Positions 36,161 through 47,740 of a stretch of DNA of 64,000 nt are shown here, one piece after another. The stretch covers positions 117,306,001-117,370,000 of the forward strand of contig NC_045697.1 of the NCBI RefSeq assembly GCF_009834535.1, in the 5' to 3' direction. Within the stretch, counting starts at the first letter, position 1, and every line of letters begins with the position of its first letter. The position numbers were made by a program, and so were the translations under genes. The stretch comes from Camelus ferus (taxonomy: Eukaryota). The notes beneath the pieces were generated by a model. That model saw only the letters and a program-made list of their open reading frames with translations. It did not search any database and had not been told where the DNA came from.

Positions 36161-38950
36161 ATTATTCAGGCTCTCACCAAAAGTCTTCCTGTCAGATCCC
36201 AAACCTCTTGGCATCACAAGAAACAGAATCCTACATATCACTTTGGGCAGCCTATTAATGGGTAAGAAATTTATGGGAAGAAAAAGTTTCTTCTCCTCAA
36301 GAGAATCAGATCTTTTATGACTCACAGATTCCAGTTAATTACTTTCTAAATTCAGATTCCTGTTTATATTGTGAAAGAAACAGATGGTGTGCTTTTAAGG
36401 GCCATCCGATACCTTTTATGATGAGGATGTGTGCATTAAATGACAAAAATTTGCAGAAATAAAAGATTCTGGTAAAGAGTAAAATATTTTAAATGCTACA
36501 TTTAAAAAAAATTGTTTTGTTTTTCCAAAATATTGATTAAAGCAAAAGATTCCTTCCCTTATAAAATGCCAATACACAGAAATATATTGATGTTACAAAG
36601 TACTTGACATAGAACTTTATCTTAAATGGCTTTTATAGGCCAGGATTTACATAAGTGGATAAATTCATGACCAATTTACATTTTTAATGCTTCTTAAAAC
36701 TAATATGAGAAACATCTACCTTTGGTACAGACATAGTCTTCCTCTTACATGCAAGTCCAACTAAATGCTTGTTCTTTTCCTTGAAGTAGAAAGTAAAATC
36801 CTAAACTTTGTCGACTTTCAGCAAATGTTTTAATATCAATTTATATTTAGCGACACAGGACACTTTGAGTTTCACTTGTTTAAGGAACACCAGTCATTAG
36901 AGCACAGACTTTGAACAGAAACACCATTGATTGTCAGCTGAAAAATCTTTTCTCTCTAATCTTGGAAAAGGTGCTTATTTTCTCTCATTCACTGTTTCCT
37001 TGTAACCAAAATCGCTAACTCATATTTTTGATTGGAAAAATACATAAAAGCAACCATTCATTTCCAGTCTACACATTTCCCTAGTGATAGTAATAAATGC
37101 TAATAACTCCCACGCTTATCAGCAGTGTCCTGTATTTTAGTGGCTAATTAGAATGATGTGTTTTCTAAAGTTAAATGCAAATAAATTAGAATATATATGA
37201 TTATATACGCATATGCCATTATCATATGTAAATATGTAAGTAAGAATTATATTACATATATATCCTTTTGAGAAGCAAATAGTCCCCTGTCATCAATATA
37301 TTAAAATTTTATCACTACTTTTCATTTTAAAAATATAGGTTTTCCTATCACAGCATCTCCACAAGGCTTTCGGTTTTAATCATTTAGCATTTGAGCTTGG
37401 CAAATGATACCAAGTCAATTTAAAAGTATTGCTCATAAACTTCACAAGGCAGAATGAACTCTGTTTGGGAAATTAGAACTCAGATGCCTCTGGGAATAGT
37501 GGCTTGCCAAACCCAAAATTTAACTAGTGTTGTCAAATGCATGAACAAATCGTGTTTCCACTCTCAGCGAAAGACTGCGATTCTGAGCATGTCCAAAGGC
37601 AAATTTTCACAAAAGCATGGTGAAAACATTTCATGCTGGTTGAAAAATTAGCACATGATTTGAAGGAATGTTGGAAAATTATATCTCCCTATTTATGGTA
37701 ATAGCAGTAGCATCACTCAGAACAATCCAGTTAACAACGTTTTCTTTATGTACCCTGAGGATTGTTTCCAAATGAAAAGATCTTTTGGGTAAAATACCTA
37801 TGTCTAAGTTTTTTCCTCTCCTATAGACATGTTCTAGAGAATAAAGAAAGAAATCAAGTGAATGTCTATTATAGTTTGTTTAACAATAATTCTGACATTA
37901 GTTGTTACAATACATATACACAGATCATGCTTTGCTTTAAAAAATCGAAATAATGTTAACTTCTATCAAATAATTTTAGATGCTTGTTTTATTGGACATG
38001 TTCATCAGTTTAAATTCAAGATATTATACCTGCAGAACACACTAAAAGATTGTCAACTGTAAGTTTGCCCAAAGAATCATCAAGAAAGTAAAAAATGTAT
38101 ATAAGTAAAGATTTTAATGCGTTTTTCGAAAAAAGGTCCGTTTTTTCTAACTAACTTGATCTATTGTTTTAACAACATACAAACTACCTCATTATTGGAA
38201 AAAAATAATATTGGAGGTAAAGGTCTTTGGGTATTCGTGTGATTTTGATACCAAGGTTATTAAAATTGAATCGCAACTTTTGTAATGCTAAAGCAACATT
38301 TTCTAGCTAAGGCCCAAAAGATATAAAGTTCTTCATCTATAAAGTAATTTTAGAAACTCATTTAATATTGCTGGCAGAGATTTTACTGGGACTCTTTGAA
38401 GAATGATATAATAACTGGGGTAAGATCTGCATAAATGAAATTCATAACCACTCCATGTCCCGCAGCTCCGAGTGGGCGAACACCCCAGATTCACCAGATT
38501 TTCAATGCAGCCTGTTACATTCCCTTCATTAAGCTGTAGTGTCTTCAGTTCATCATCAGAATTACTGAATGTTAAGATTTAATAATAAATGCAGGCAACA
38601 AAATTGCCCACAGTTCACAGTGCACTGGTAATGCACTGTTGATTTTAACACTTGGAACAAACACAGAAGGGTCTAGCCTTCTCACGTTTTTGGAGACTTG
38701 GAGTCATTAACTTTATATCCTATCAAAAAAGCATATGGCGGCTCCAGACATTTCTTGTACTTTTACTGCTTTAATGGAGAGAAAAGAGGAAGCCAAGAAA
38801 GGGTCAGAGAAGACAGAGCGATGTTCTTCGTTTCATCTTGTCTTCAGATATAAAAATCTGAACATGACGGTGGTAACACAGAGGATTAAATTGATGGTAG
38901 TGGTCTATGTGAACGCTCTATCTGATTTAACAAACTGGAAGGTTTTCCTT

Positions 38951-39092
38951 TTTTTTTTTTTAAACAAAGCTTAATTTTTATTTTATTTGTTTTATTTATT
39001 TTTTGGTGGGGAGAGGAGTAATTAGGGGGTTGAACCCAGGACCTCCTGCACGCTAAGCATGTGCTCTACCACTTGATCTAGACCCTCCCCCA
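38951..39092 (-). mobile_element. tRNA-Ala-derived SINE (vic-1-like), long tail with internal deletion
   Basis: TSD GAAGGTTTTCCTT / GAAGGTTTTACTT (38938-38950, 39093-39105). Confidence 0.92.
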
Positions 39093-40077
39093 GAAGGTTT
39101 TACTTCTGACGTACATCACCCCAATTAGTTCATTGTGAGTAACTCAGTGTGAGAACAGAAAATGCTTAGTAAATGGAGTGTAATTTGTACCAGAAATTGA
39201 GACTGTTTTCCATACAATTTCAAGGCCAAGTCTATCAAATGCACCTTTAGGAACCTCACTGGATGCAGGTTAGAACCATCCACAACAGGAAGGGATATAA
39301 AAGGAGATTTTAAAAATATCCCAATGTCTAAATTCCACTTCAATCAAGCCAGGTTATTGAAAGTCAGTCCCAGGTCTCAGTTATAAACATTTTTTAAAAT
39401 CCCAAGTAATTCTTAAGTGCAGTAAGAATAAATAAAACCTTGATTATTGGATAAACATCTGAGGCAAACTTGATTCAGTTTGTAGACAAGATTGGAAACC
39501 AAAGGGTTATGGTCAGGTTTTACTGCATAAGAATAGCTTTACTAGAAATTCTGAAAAGAAAACAATCAACTTTTTTTTACCAATATAATGTCTCACCAGT
39601 GAAAGATTTGAATATTATGGCAAGTGGAAAAACAACAGATTGTTAAGATAAATACAGCAAAAACAAAGAAGGAAAGTTTTACTTTCATTTTCCGTGTTTG
39701 AGTCACCCAGACACTTTGTCGCATTTGCAGATTTGGGCTGCCATGGAATTAATTTGCTCACAGGATCTGGAGTAATAAATCCTTATACAATTGTGGCTCT
39801 AAAATCAGATTTGTGTGGCCCTGTGTTCATTTTTTCTTTTTCTCCTTTTCTTTCTCTCCTTTAGAAAGAAATGGCTGATTCTAAAAAAACTGGCCATAAT
39901 AAGAAGGATTTAATGGAAAGAGTAAACCCGCATGGGTTAAAGGTCTGTCATATTCTAGGCACACATATTATGCTACAAGTGTCATATTAAGCCACAAAGA
40001 AAGTCTATAATTGGTATGATTTCGTATGTGAGATAAAACATCACTTTAACATTTTCTTGGGAGGAAAGTGAAAAGCC

Positions 40078-40495
40078 TTATGAAATAGGGGTTAAAAATT
40101 CTTTTGCCAGCAAGACAAAACCCACTGATGCTGGGTAGATGGAAGGCAGGACCTTTGGTCACTACTGAAAGCTCCCAATGGGAGAAAGTAATCACACAGG
40201 CCACACAGAGGGTTACACCCGGAAGCAGGTAATGCAAGCTGGAGGCAGGGTGGGGGTTAGCTCAGTTTCAGGGAGTCTCTGTGGATTGGCCAGTTTGATT
40301 AGTTTCTTGGGGCTCCGAGCCTTGTCCAGTGCGCGGCCCTGGAGAACGGGCCCCCCCAGCAGGGAGGAGGCCGAGGTGGATGCAAAAGGCAGTCTGGCAA
40401 GGGGAGGAAGTGGCCGAGGGCTTAGCAAGCTGCTTGCGAAGGGGACTTGAGTCTCTAGCCCTGAGCTCAAAACTGGGGCGAGAGAGCACTTATGA
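40078..40495 (-). mobile_element. Old ERVL-class LTR (MER74/LTR53 group-like)
   Basis: 'ggggttaaaaattctt...acccactgatgctgggtagatg...ggccacacagagg...ggattggccagtttga'. Family uncertain. Confidence 0.5.
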
Positions 40496-41344
40496 AATAT
40501 TACATTAAAGTTGACCTTCTGGTGTCTTGACATCCATCTGGAGCTCTGTTGTGCAAGGTATTTGAGTGGCCTGAATAGTAGAAGAGGGTCCCAGATAGTG
40601 GGGCGTGTGTTGCCCTAAACGGTGCAGAAAACGTTTCGTTAGGACAGCAGAAATGAGGAAACCAAAGAAAAGCATGAAGGGTCCCTGGAGGACAGCCCAC
40701 AGCAGGCCCCCATTTGTTTAGTGCTGACCCGGAGGATAAATCGGTCAGAGCAGGGACCGCCAGTCAAATCTGGATGAATTATGGAAGGTACTAAACGTGT
40801 GGGTTATATTTGCTAATGATGACACTGCAAAAACCTTCCTGATTAGCTATCAATTAATCGAGTGCCTATGTACTGTCAAGAATCGTTTTTGTCAGGCTCT
40901 CCGGCCTTGATTGAGCACATCTGATATTCATTGTACTTTGGGCATTTGTGGATTAGCATCAGTGACTTTTGATTTTGAGATCAGAGTGAAGTCCCTGGGG
41001 CAGTTCCAACAATCCCAGCTTGGAGGCAGTCCCAGTATTACAGGCGTGATTGAAACGGGTCAGTGACGTTTGTCTGGGGTGGGGGGGGTAGTGATCAACA
41101 TTTATATGAATGGGAAGGTCGAGAGGGTTTGCGGCTTGGAAATAATCGGAGGCAAAACAGAGGAGATGAGAATAATCTTTAGACTGGAAACCTGTACCTG
41201 GCTGGAGGTAAGCGGGAATTCCTGGAGGAAGGTCCGGTGTGGTTGGCAGTGTGGTGAGGATGCGGGGTCCCTGTCAGTCGCTCCACGCTGTGTAACTAGG
41301 AAACAGAAGTACCCTGGCTGCGGGCCGTGAGCTGGTGCCCCAGA

Positions 41345-42240
41345 CGCAGGGGGGGCATACGACCTACTTCACTGAGATTACAGTCCAAGGAGAGGACACA
41401 TGTGTTTAAAATAAAAGCATTAACATAAATGAACAAAAGTGCCCCAGTGACACAAGGTTCTGCCCAAGTGCATGAAGTCTGACAACCCATGAGAAGGGCT
41501 CTGACTTGCGTCCAGGCGATCAACAAAATCAAGAAACATTTGTGCTGAGATCTAAATATCGCAAACGAAGAGGTGGAGAGGGAGAAACTGAGTCTTCCAA
41601 ACAGAGGGAACCAGGGCCTGCCACCTGTGTTGGCAAGGCCAGTGGGAGGGACCAAACAGCTGCCCTGCAGAGACCGGAAGTGGGTGAACCCAGGAATGAG
41701 GTCAGATCCAGACCACGATCTAAAGGTTTACCCCAGATTCAGTCTGAAATCATTGCAGTATTTTTTTTTTTCTTTTCTTTTTCTTTTTTAAGTATAGTCA
41801 GTTTCCAATGGGTCAATTTCTGGTGCACAGTTTGTGGTATTTTAAATAAAGGAGGTGACGTTATCAGACTCATGTTTTAAAAAGATCCTTGTGACTGCAG
41901 TGTAGAAAATAGATGTCAAGGGTCTGGAGAGAGAGAGAGGTTACACAGTGTCACTGTTGCAGTTCAGGAGAGGGCTGCTGTGGTCCTCGCACCGGCGTGG
42001 TGGACATGAAGACTGGAGAAGAGGTCAGGCGTCTGTCAGGAGGTAGAGTCAGAGGATCCTGATGGTGGGTGAGACCCGGGCCCGGCAGAGGAGGAGTCTC
42101 AGAGGGCACTCCCGGATGTCTCGCTGGGGAAGCAGTTTGAGTGGTGCTGTGGTTTCCTGAGAGCTGGGACCATGGAAGAGGATGAGATTGGGTGAGGAGA
42201 TTAGAAATGTCCTTTAGTGATGAACTTGAGGTACCTTAAG
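41345..42240 (-). mobile_element. L2 LINE remnant
   Basis: Antisense L2 motifs 'atcagactcatgttttaaaaagatc...gactgcagtgtagaaaataga', 'aggaggtagagtcag' and 'gaacttgaggtacct'. Confidence 0.75.
41764..41831 (-). mobile_element. Ultra-short L1 3'-end insertion within the L2
   Basis: T-tail plus 'aagtatagtcagtttccaatgggtcaatttctggtgcacag'. TSD TTGCAGTATTTT / TTGTGGTATTTT. Confidence 0.85.
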
Positions 42241-43671
42241 GTTCTCCTCTCTCTGTCGTATCTTGGTGGCAAACATGCTTTTGAAAATACTTAAATGAAA
42301 GCCTGGGTATTCTCAGCTCTACGTATGTTTGAAGGAGAAGTGTGTCAACAGAGGCAAACAAAAGTCCAGGAGACTCATAGTTAATGATTGTGCTTACAGT
42401 TTTTTAAAAAATGAAGAATTTCATGAAGCCTTTTAAAAGGACAAATGATAGCAAACTTAAAAAAAATAAAAAAGAAGGTTTTGTGCCTTGTCCCTGCGAC
42501 CTGCCAGGCCCCCTCACTCTTTCCTACTGTCCCACCTCATCTCTCTACCTGCCTCAGCCTTTATGTTTCATAGAAATTAATAACTTACAATATCCCACAA
42601 TGCACTATATGACTTCTTCTCTGGGCCCTATTTTTTTTTTCTCCTTTTTGACGATGCCATTCGTAACCCCAACTTTACTGCGTTGTTGCCTTGTGTGCTG
42701 TGAGATTGCACACGGACAGACACTTGTGGGTCTGAGTTAGCGCCTTCTCCATCTCTCCTCACCCTTTCACCACACTGCACTCAGTACAGTCTGTGTAATC
42801 ATCCGTTTCTATTTCTGTCGGCTTCCCGGCTCTGTGGGTCCCTTGCGTCTAACTAGGTTCATGGCCTCCATATTGAGCCAATAGCTGTGATCCAGTTGCT
42901 AGTTCTCACATTCTTCAAGTGGAATCTCTAAAAGAACATTCCTCTCCATTGTCTCATTTTGAAGACACCGAAGGGCAAAATGAAAATAAAGGCTGAGACC
43001 CAAATATTACATTTATTACCGGTAAAGTCCAAGTTGTTGGGTGCTTAGTTATGCAGGTAGATGGACCTCCAGGGGCCCGACTCCTAAATTAGGCAGACAC
43101 ACCCACTCGGTCCCAGGAGACACGGGATGGGACACGTCAGTGATGTGAAGGAGGTGTGATACCACCAGTGGAACTCCACATACTGAATGAGAAGCCTACG
43201 TAAGACTGTGTAAGAAACATGTTATTAACAGGGCTCAGTGATTTTCGTGCTGTGTCATCGAAAGCAAATCAGTGACGCCTGCCTTGGGGAAAAGTGAAGA
43301 CTGGCAGGGGGGAGGGGTACAAGATGCCGGGAGAAGAATGATTTGAGAACACTACCACCATTTCACTCCAATAGGTATAATTAATTTAAAATGTGTATTA
43401 ATACATTAAATATCAATTTACTAAAATAACTTTCATTCACTATGTAAATTGAATTTCTTCAGTGATCACTCATGTATAGCAAATGCAACCGTCCAGCAGA
43501 CTTATGCTTAGAACAATTATTCTGTTTTAAGCTTCAGGGTTTCATTTTGTGCCCCTCCCCTGCCGCCCCAACTCCCAACAAATGTATTTGCTTCCATGGA
43601 CCAAGAGGGAGTTCCATTAACACTAAATTAGTTACAAAAGACTAAAATCAGGAACCAGAGCAAACTTAATA

Positions 43672-43684
43672 GTTGCCTAGCAAC
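43672..43684. promoter_or_regulatory. RFX X-box motif GTTGCCTAGCAAC
   Basis: Exact match to the near-palindromic RFX consensus, in apparently non-repetitive sequence. Binding not shown. Confidence 0.55.
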
Positions 43685-44756
43685 AACCCAGTACGCCGAA
43701 GTTTAATTTTGGATCGGTTAACCCTGCGTGAAACTCAGAATTAATTTTTCATATGGCAATATCTTAGAAAGGTCTCCAGTCTGTGTCTGAAATGTTTTTC
43801 CCTTCCTTGGTTATTCAATCTTTCTTAACTTCTCTCAAGCATCAAATTGTTGTTTTTACATTGCTTAGTTAGACAGAGTGAAATTTTTATTTTAGATTGG
43901 AATTGACCAGAGCACTTGAGTCAAATCAGTCAATTGTGAAGAAAATATTGTAAAAAAATGACGTTTTTCTATTGCAGCATCTTACAGCTGGAGGAGATGT
44001 TAAAAAAGAGTTCACAGAGGGCTATTTTCACATTATTCCCAGCACTGCCAGAAGTTTCACACCCTACGTGGACTTCAGTCCTGAAAACCTCTCTTCACTC
44101 TTGAAGACAAGAAAAAGATGGCTCAGAAAAGCATATGAAGTTAGAGACATTAGTCCAAACCTCCTATTGACTGTCAAAACTATACCTATGAGAACACAGT
44201 TCTAAAAATTTTGAATGATGGTGACAAAAAAGTTTCTACTTTCTAAGCTACTTATGTCAAAATACAAAAGTGAGATAAAACTACACCATGTTAAACTTGT
44301 GACTAGTTTCATTTTTATACAAGTGATAGTCTATAATAAAATTACTAAGGCATTTGTAAGATGGAATTAGAAAACCTTTAAAATGTGTTTAGATATAAAT
44401 TCATGTGTCAGTACTCATTGCAAAAGACTCCTGTTTATATATGTATGTAATTAAATAAGGATGAATAGCATTTTGAAGCACTTAAAAATATATTGTTAGC
44501 GAGATTCCACTAAAAAGAGCTTGCAGTAGCCGAGTGATTTGTGTGAATGTGATTTCTAGGTCTGGGTCTGGATTTTCAATGTGAAAAGACTTTTAATTTT
44601 AAATAAAGTATGTAATGTATTATATGGAAGCCCTAGGGGAAAATATGAGGAACTCACTGTCACATCAGGTAATACCACGCCACAAATAACTGGATCCCTG
44701 GTTAAAACATTGTCAAGATTAGAAAGGACACTATTGCAGGTTTCGATCACAGAGCC

Positions 44757-45035
44757 AAGAAAGAAAAAGGAAGGAAGGAGGAAAGAAAAGAAGAAAGGAA
44801 GAAAGGAAGGAAGGAAAAGGGAAGAAGAAGAGAAGAAAAAGAAAGAAAGAAGAAGAAAGAAAGAAAGACAAAAGAAAGAAGAAAGAAAGAAAAGAAAGAA
44901 GGAAAGAAAGAAAAAAGAAAGAAAGAAAGAAGAAAGAATAAAGAAAGAAAGAAAGAAAAAGAAAGAAGGACTAAAGAAAGGAAGAAAGAAAGAAGAAAGA
45001 AGTGATAAAGAACGAAGAAGTGAAAGAAGGAGGTG
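44757..45035. repeat. Degenerate (AAAG/AAG/AAGG)n polypurine tract
   Basis: About 280 bp that is almost entirely A/G on the plus strand. Confidence 0.95.
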
Positions 45036-45169
45036 AAAAAAACCGAGAAGAACCGACTGTAGAAAGGAACAAGAATCAGGAGGTCGGACAGTAGGGAGAA
45101 TGACAAAGACTGAATCGATCCACGCAAGTGTAGGAAAGAAGAAGGCAAGAAGGATAATGTAATGTATTT

Positions 45170-45905
45170 ATATTCTTCTTTTGTTAATTCAGTTAAAGTC
45201 ATTTGTTACATTTGAATTCCATGTTGGATTTCCCCCATATTCTGTTGATTTCTATTGTCTCTTTACTTTAAATAGGTGGGCTATTCACCATGGGTTAGTG
45301 TCAGAACTATACAGAGCAGTGCATCCAGAGAACAGTTACCTGCATCCCTGTAACTCCACTCTCACTTCTCTCCTTACTCCTCTCCATCCCGTAAGCCATC
45401 TCAGTAGTGTCTGATTTATCTTTCTGCATTTCTTTTGTGCAAATGGGCAGATCCATGTCTACTTCCTTTTACCCCTTTCTTACATAAAGGACAGCATACT
45501 AGAAATAATTTTGGCACTTTTTGTCCCACCCAACAGTATATCCTGGAGCTCACCCCCTATCAGGGCTTGGACAGTTTCCTCATCCTTTACACAGCTGCAT
45601 ATTACTTCACGGCATTGATGAAATGTAGGTGATTCAACTACTCTCCCATGGATGACCATTTGGGTTTTTTCTAATATTTTGCAATTGCACACAATGTTAG
45701 AATGAATACCCTTTGCTATCCATATGCATTTTCTTATTTTTGGAGTTGCACCTTCACAGTGGATATTTAGAAGTGACATTGCTCCGTCAAAAGCTGTGTT
45801 TAAATATAGATTTCCAGAAAGCTCCATGCTCCATTTCTGAGTCAGGTATCCATTTTTAAGGTCTTGGACATCGACTAGCAAATGTCACCCTTTCTGAAAG
45901 TTGTA
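45170..45905 (-). mobile_element. Old L1 (L1MC5/L1ME-like) 3' UTR
   Basis: 'aacagtatatcctggag...acagctgcatattact...gatgaccatttgggttttttctaatattttgc...agaagtgacattgct'. Confidence 0.75.
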
Positions 45906-46093
45906 TGTCGCTGGGCACGATGTTGGATCAATGAAATGGAGAGAATACAGACTAGAGGAAGTCTCTGGAGGAATTCTGAAGTTACTGAAAAATTGCAGGA
46001 TTGAATTGGGTAGAAATGGGAATACAGAAGAGGAGACTAAAACAAGAGAGGGTTATTTTTGTTTGTTTGTTTGTTTTTTAACAGAATCAAGTA

Positions 46094-46268
46094 CAGTCAA
46101 TCTTCCATATTGGCAGATTCTGCAAACACCGATAGGGAGGATCCACTGAACACAACACTTTATAAAAGGGACTTGCGCACCCGTGGATTTTGGCACTGAG
46201 TGGGTCCTGGAACCAGTCCCCACCCTGCACTTCCCCCCACCTCCGCCTCAGATACCAAGAAGCCACTG
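46094..46268. mobile_element. Tigger-derived MITE (Tigger3/MER7-like)
   Basis: TA|CAGTC...CACTG|TA termini with TA TSD, and 'ttataaaagggacttgcgcacccgtggattttgg...gtcctggaaccagtcccc'. Confidence 0.85.
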
Positions 46269-47158
46269 TAATGGCATCAAGACACTTGCAAAGTTTAGAA
46301 GATTATTGGTAAGTGCTTCCTGGTTCTCACATTAGCTGAGCTCATTAATTCATTAAAAAACAGAGAGAAGAAGGGAGGATGAGAGACAAACACAGAGACA
46401 GACAGACAGGGAAGTCACTTTTGATTTGACGTTTAATCCAGTCTAATGGTTAATCATTTCACTTTATTGTGCTGGGGCAACAAGGTTTTCTTCTTCCTGA
46501 TATTGATTATTAAATATATGAAAAATACATTTATATTTTCAAAATACTGAAATACCAAGTTGTGACTTTGAGTATATTAAAATACTCTTCTGAACTGAAG
46601 TGAAAGTTTTAAGGAGGTAAAATGGAATTAAAAATACATTTTTTAACCAGCATACCATACTTTGATGAACATTTTAAATTAAAAAACTGTTTCCTAAGTT
46701 TGCTGGTGAGTTTAATGAACTTCACACATAGACACACATTATTTTCACACCACTGAATGGAACCCAATATCCCAAAGCTAAAGGCTGGGTTTTAAAATTG
46801 GAATTGGATTAAATCAAGTCATCTACTCTGAAAATATCTTCCTTAATAAGATACATTTGAATCTTCGTTCTTCCGTAATATACCAGTCTTTCTACAAAGA
46901 AGGGCATTTGTAATTATCATTTCTGTTTTCACTACAAGCTGATGATTTTATCCCCATAAAGGAATGAAGGAGGAAGAAGCTTCATTCAAATATAAAATTG
47001 CCTAAACTAGAATTTTTTAATAAAACAAGGGCTCCATCAATCTCTGGTAATCATTATAGGAGTCATTGTTTTTTTTAGGTTGGCACATCTTCTTTAAAAT
47101 TCCCTTAAGTATAAATATTTATTTGCAGAAAGAAATTAGTAGCTAAATAGCAAACGTA

Positions 47159-47270
47159 GGGGAGGGTAGAGCTCAGTGGTAGGGCGCGTGCTTAGCATGC
47201 ATGAGGTCCTGGGTTCAATCCCAGCACCTCTATTAAGATAAATAAAATTAAATTAAAGATAAATAATAAT
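47159..47270 (+). mobile_element. tRNA-Ala-derived SINE (vic-1-like), short-tail form
   Basis: GGGGAGGGTAGAGCTCAGTGGTAGGGCGCGTGCTTAGCATGCATGAGGTCCTGGGTTCAATCCCAGCACCTCTA followed by an A-rich tail. Confidence 0.93.
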
Positions 47271-47519
47271 TTGGCTTCACAGCTGTATCCCTTTGCTTAA
47301 CACATTTCCCCCTTCTGTTGAATAAAAATTATTTTAATAGGATTTTGTTCTTGATAAGAAAAGTTTGGAAATAATTCTGAAAAACACACCATATTCCAAA
47401 AACTATTCCTGAATGCCCAGCCACCTCCATCCAGGCCAGAGTTACTGTCTGCACATGGTCTTAACGCTTCTCTGAAAACTCAGTCTATTTCCTCACTGAC
47501 ACTATCAGAGTTAAAAAAA

Positions 47520-47521
<2 letters not shown>

Positions 47522-47571
<50 letters not shown>
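47522..47571. repeat. (AC)25 microsatellite
   Basis: Direct reading. Confidence 0.97.
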
Positions 47572-47573
<2 letters not shown>

Positions 47574-47618
47574 CCTTATTAAGGAAGATATTTTGAGAGT
47601 ATGTGTGTGTGTAAGGAT

Positions 47619-47740
47619 GGGGAGGCTATGGCGCAGGGGTGGAGTGTGTGTTTACCATATATGAGTCCTTGGTTCAATCCTCAGTACCTCCATTCAAATA
47701 AGTAAATAAACCTAATTACCCTCAAAAAAAAATTTTTTAA
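47619..47740 (+). mobile_element. tRNA-Ala-derived SINE (vic-1-like), long-tail form, diverged
   Basis: 'ggttcaatcctcagtacctccatt...aaataaacctaattaccc' followed by an A-tract. Confidence 0.88.

Noticed and set aside
42708..42722. REST/NRSE site
   Set aside because: Only the right half-site (ACGGACAG) is present.
44581..45202. K/E/R-rich and F/L/S-rich 151-aa ORFs
   Set aside because: Translations of the polypurine microsatellite on opposite strands.
47159..47232. Functional tRNA-Ala(AGC) genes (also 33943-34016 and 50548-50611)
   Set aside because: Acceptor or T-arm mismatches and indels, A-rich tails instead of a T-run terminator, TSDs on sibling copies and multicopy dispersal identify them as SINEs.
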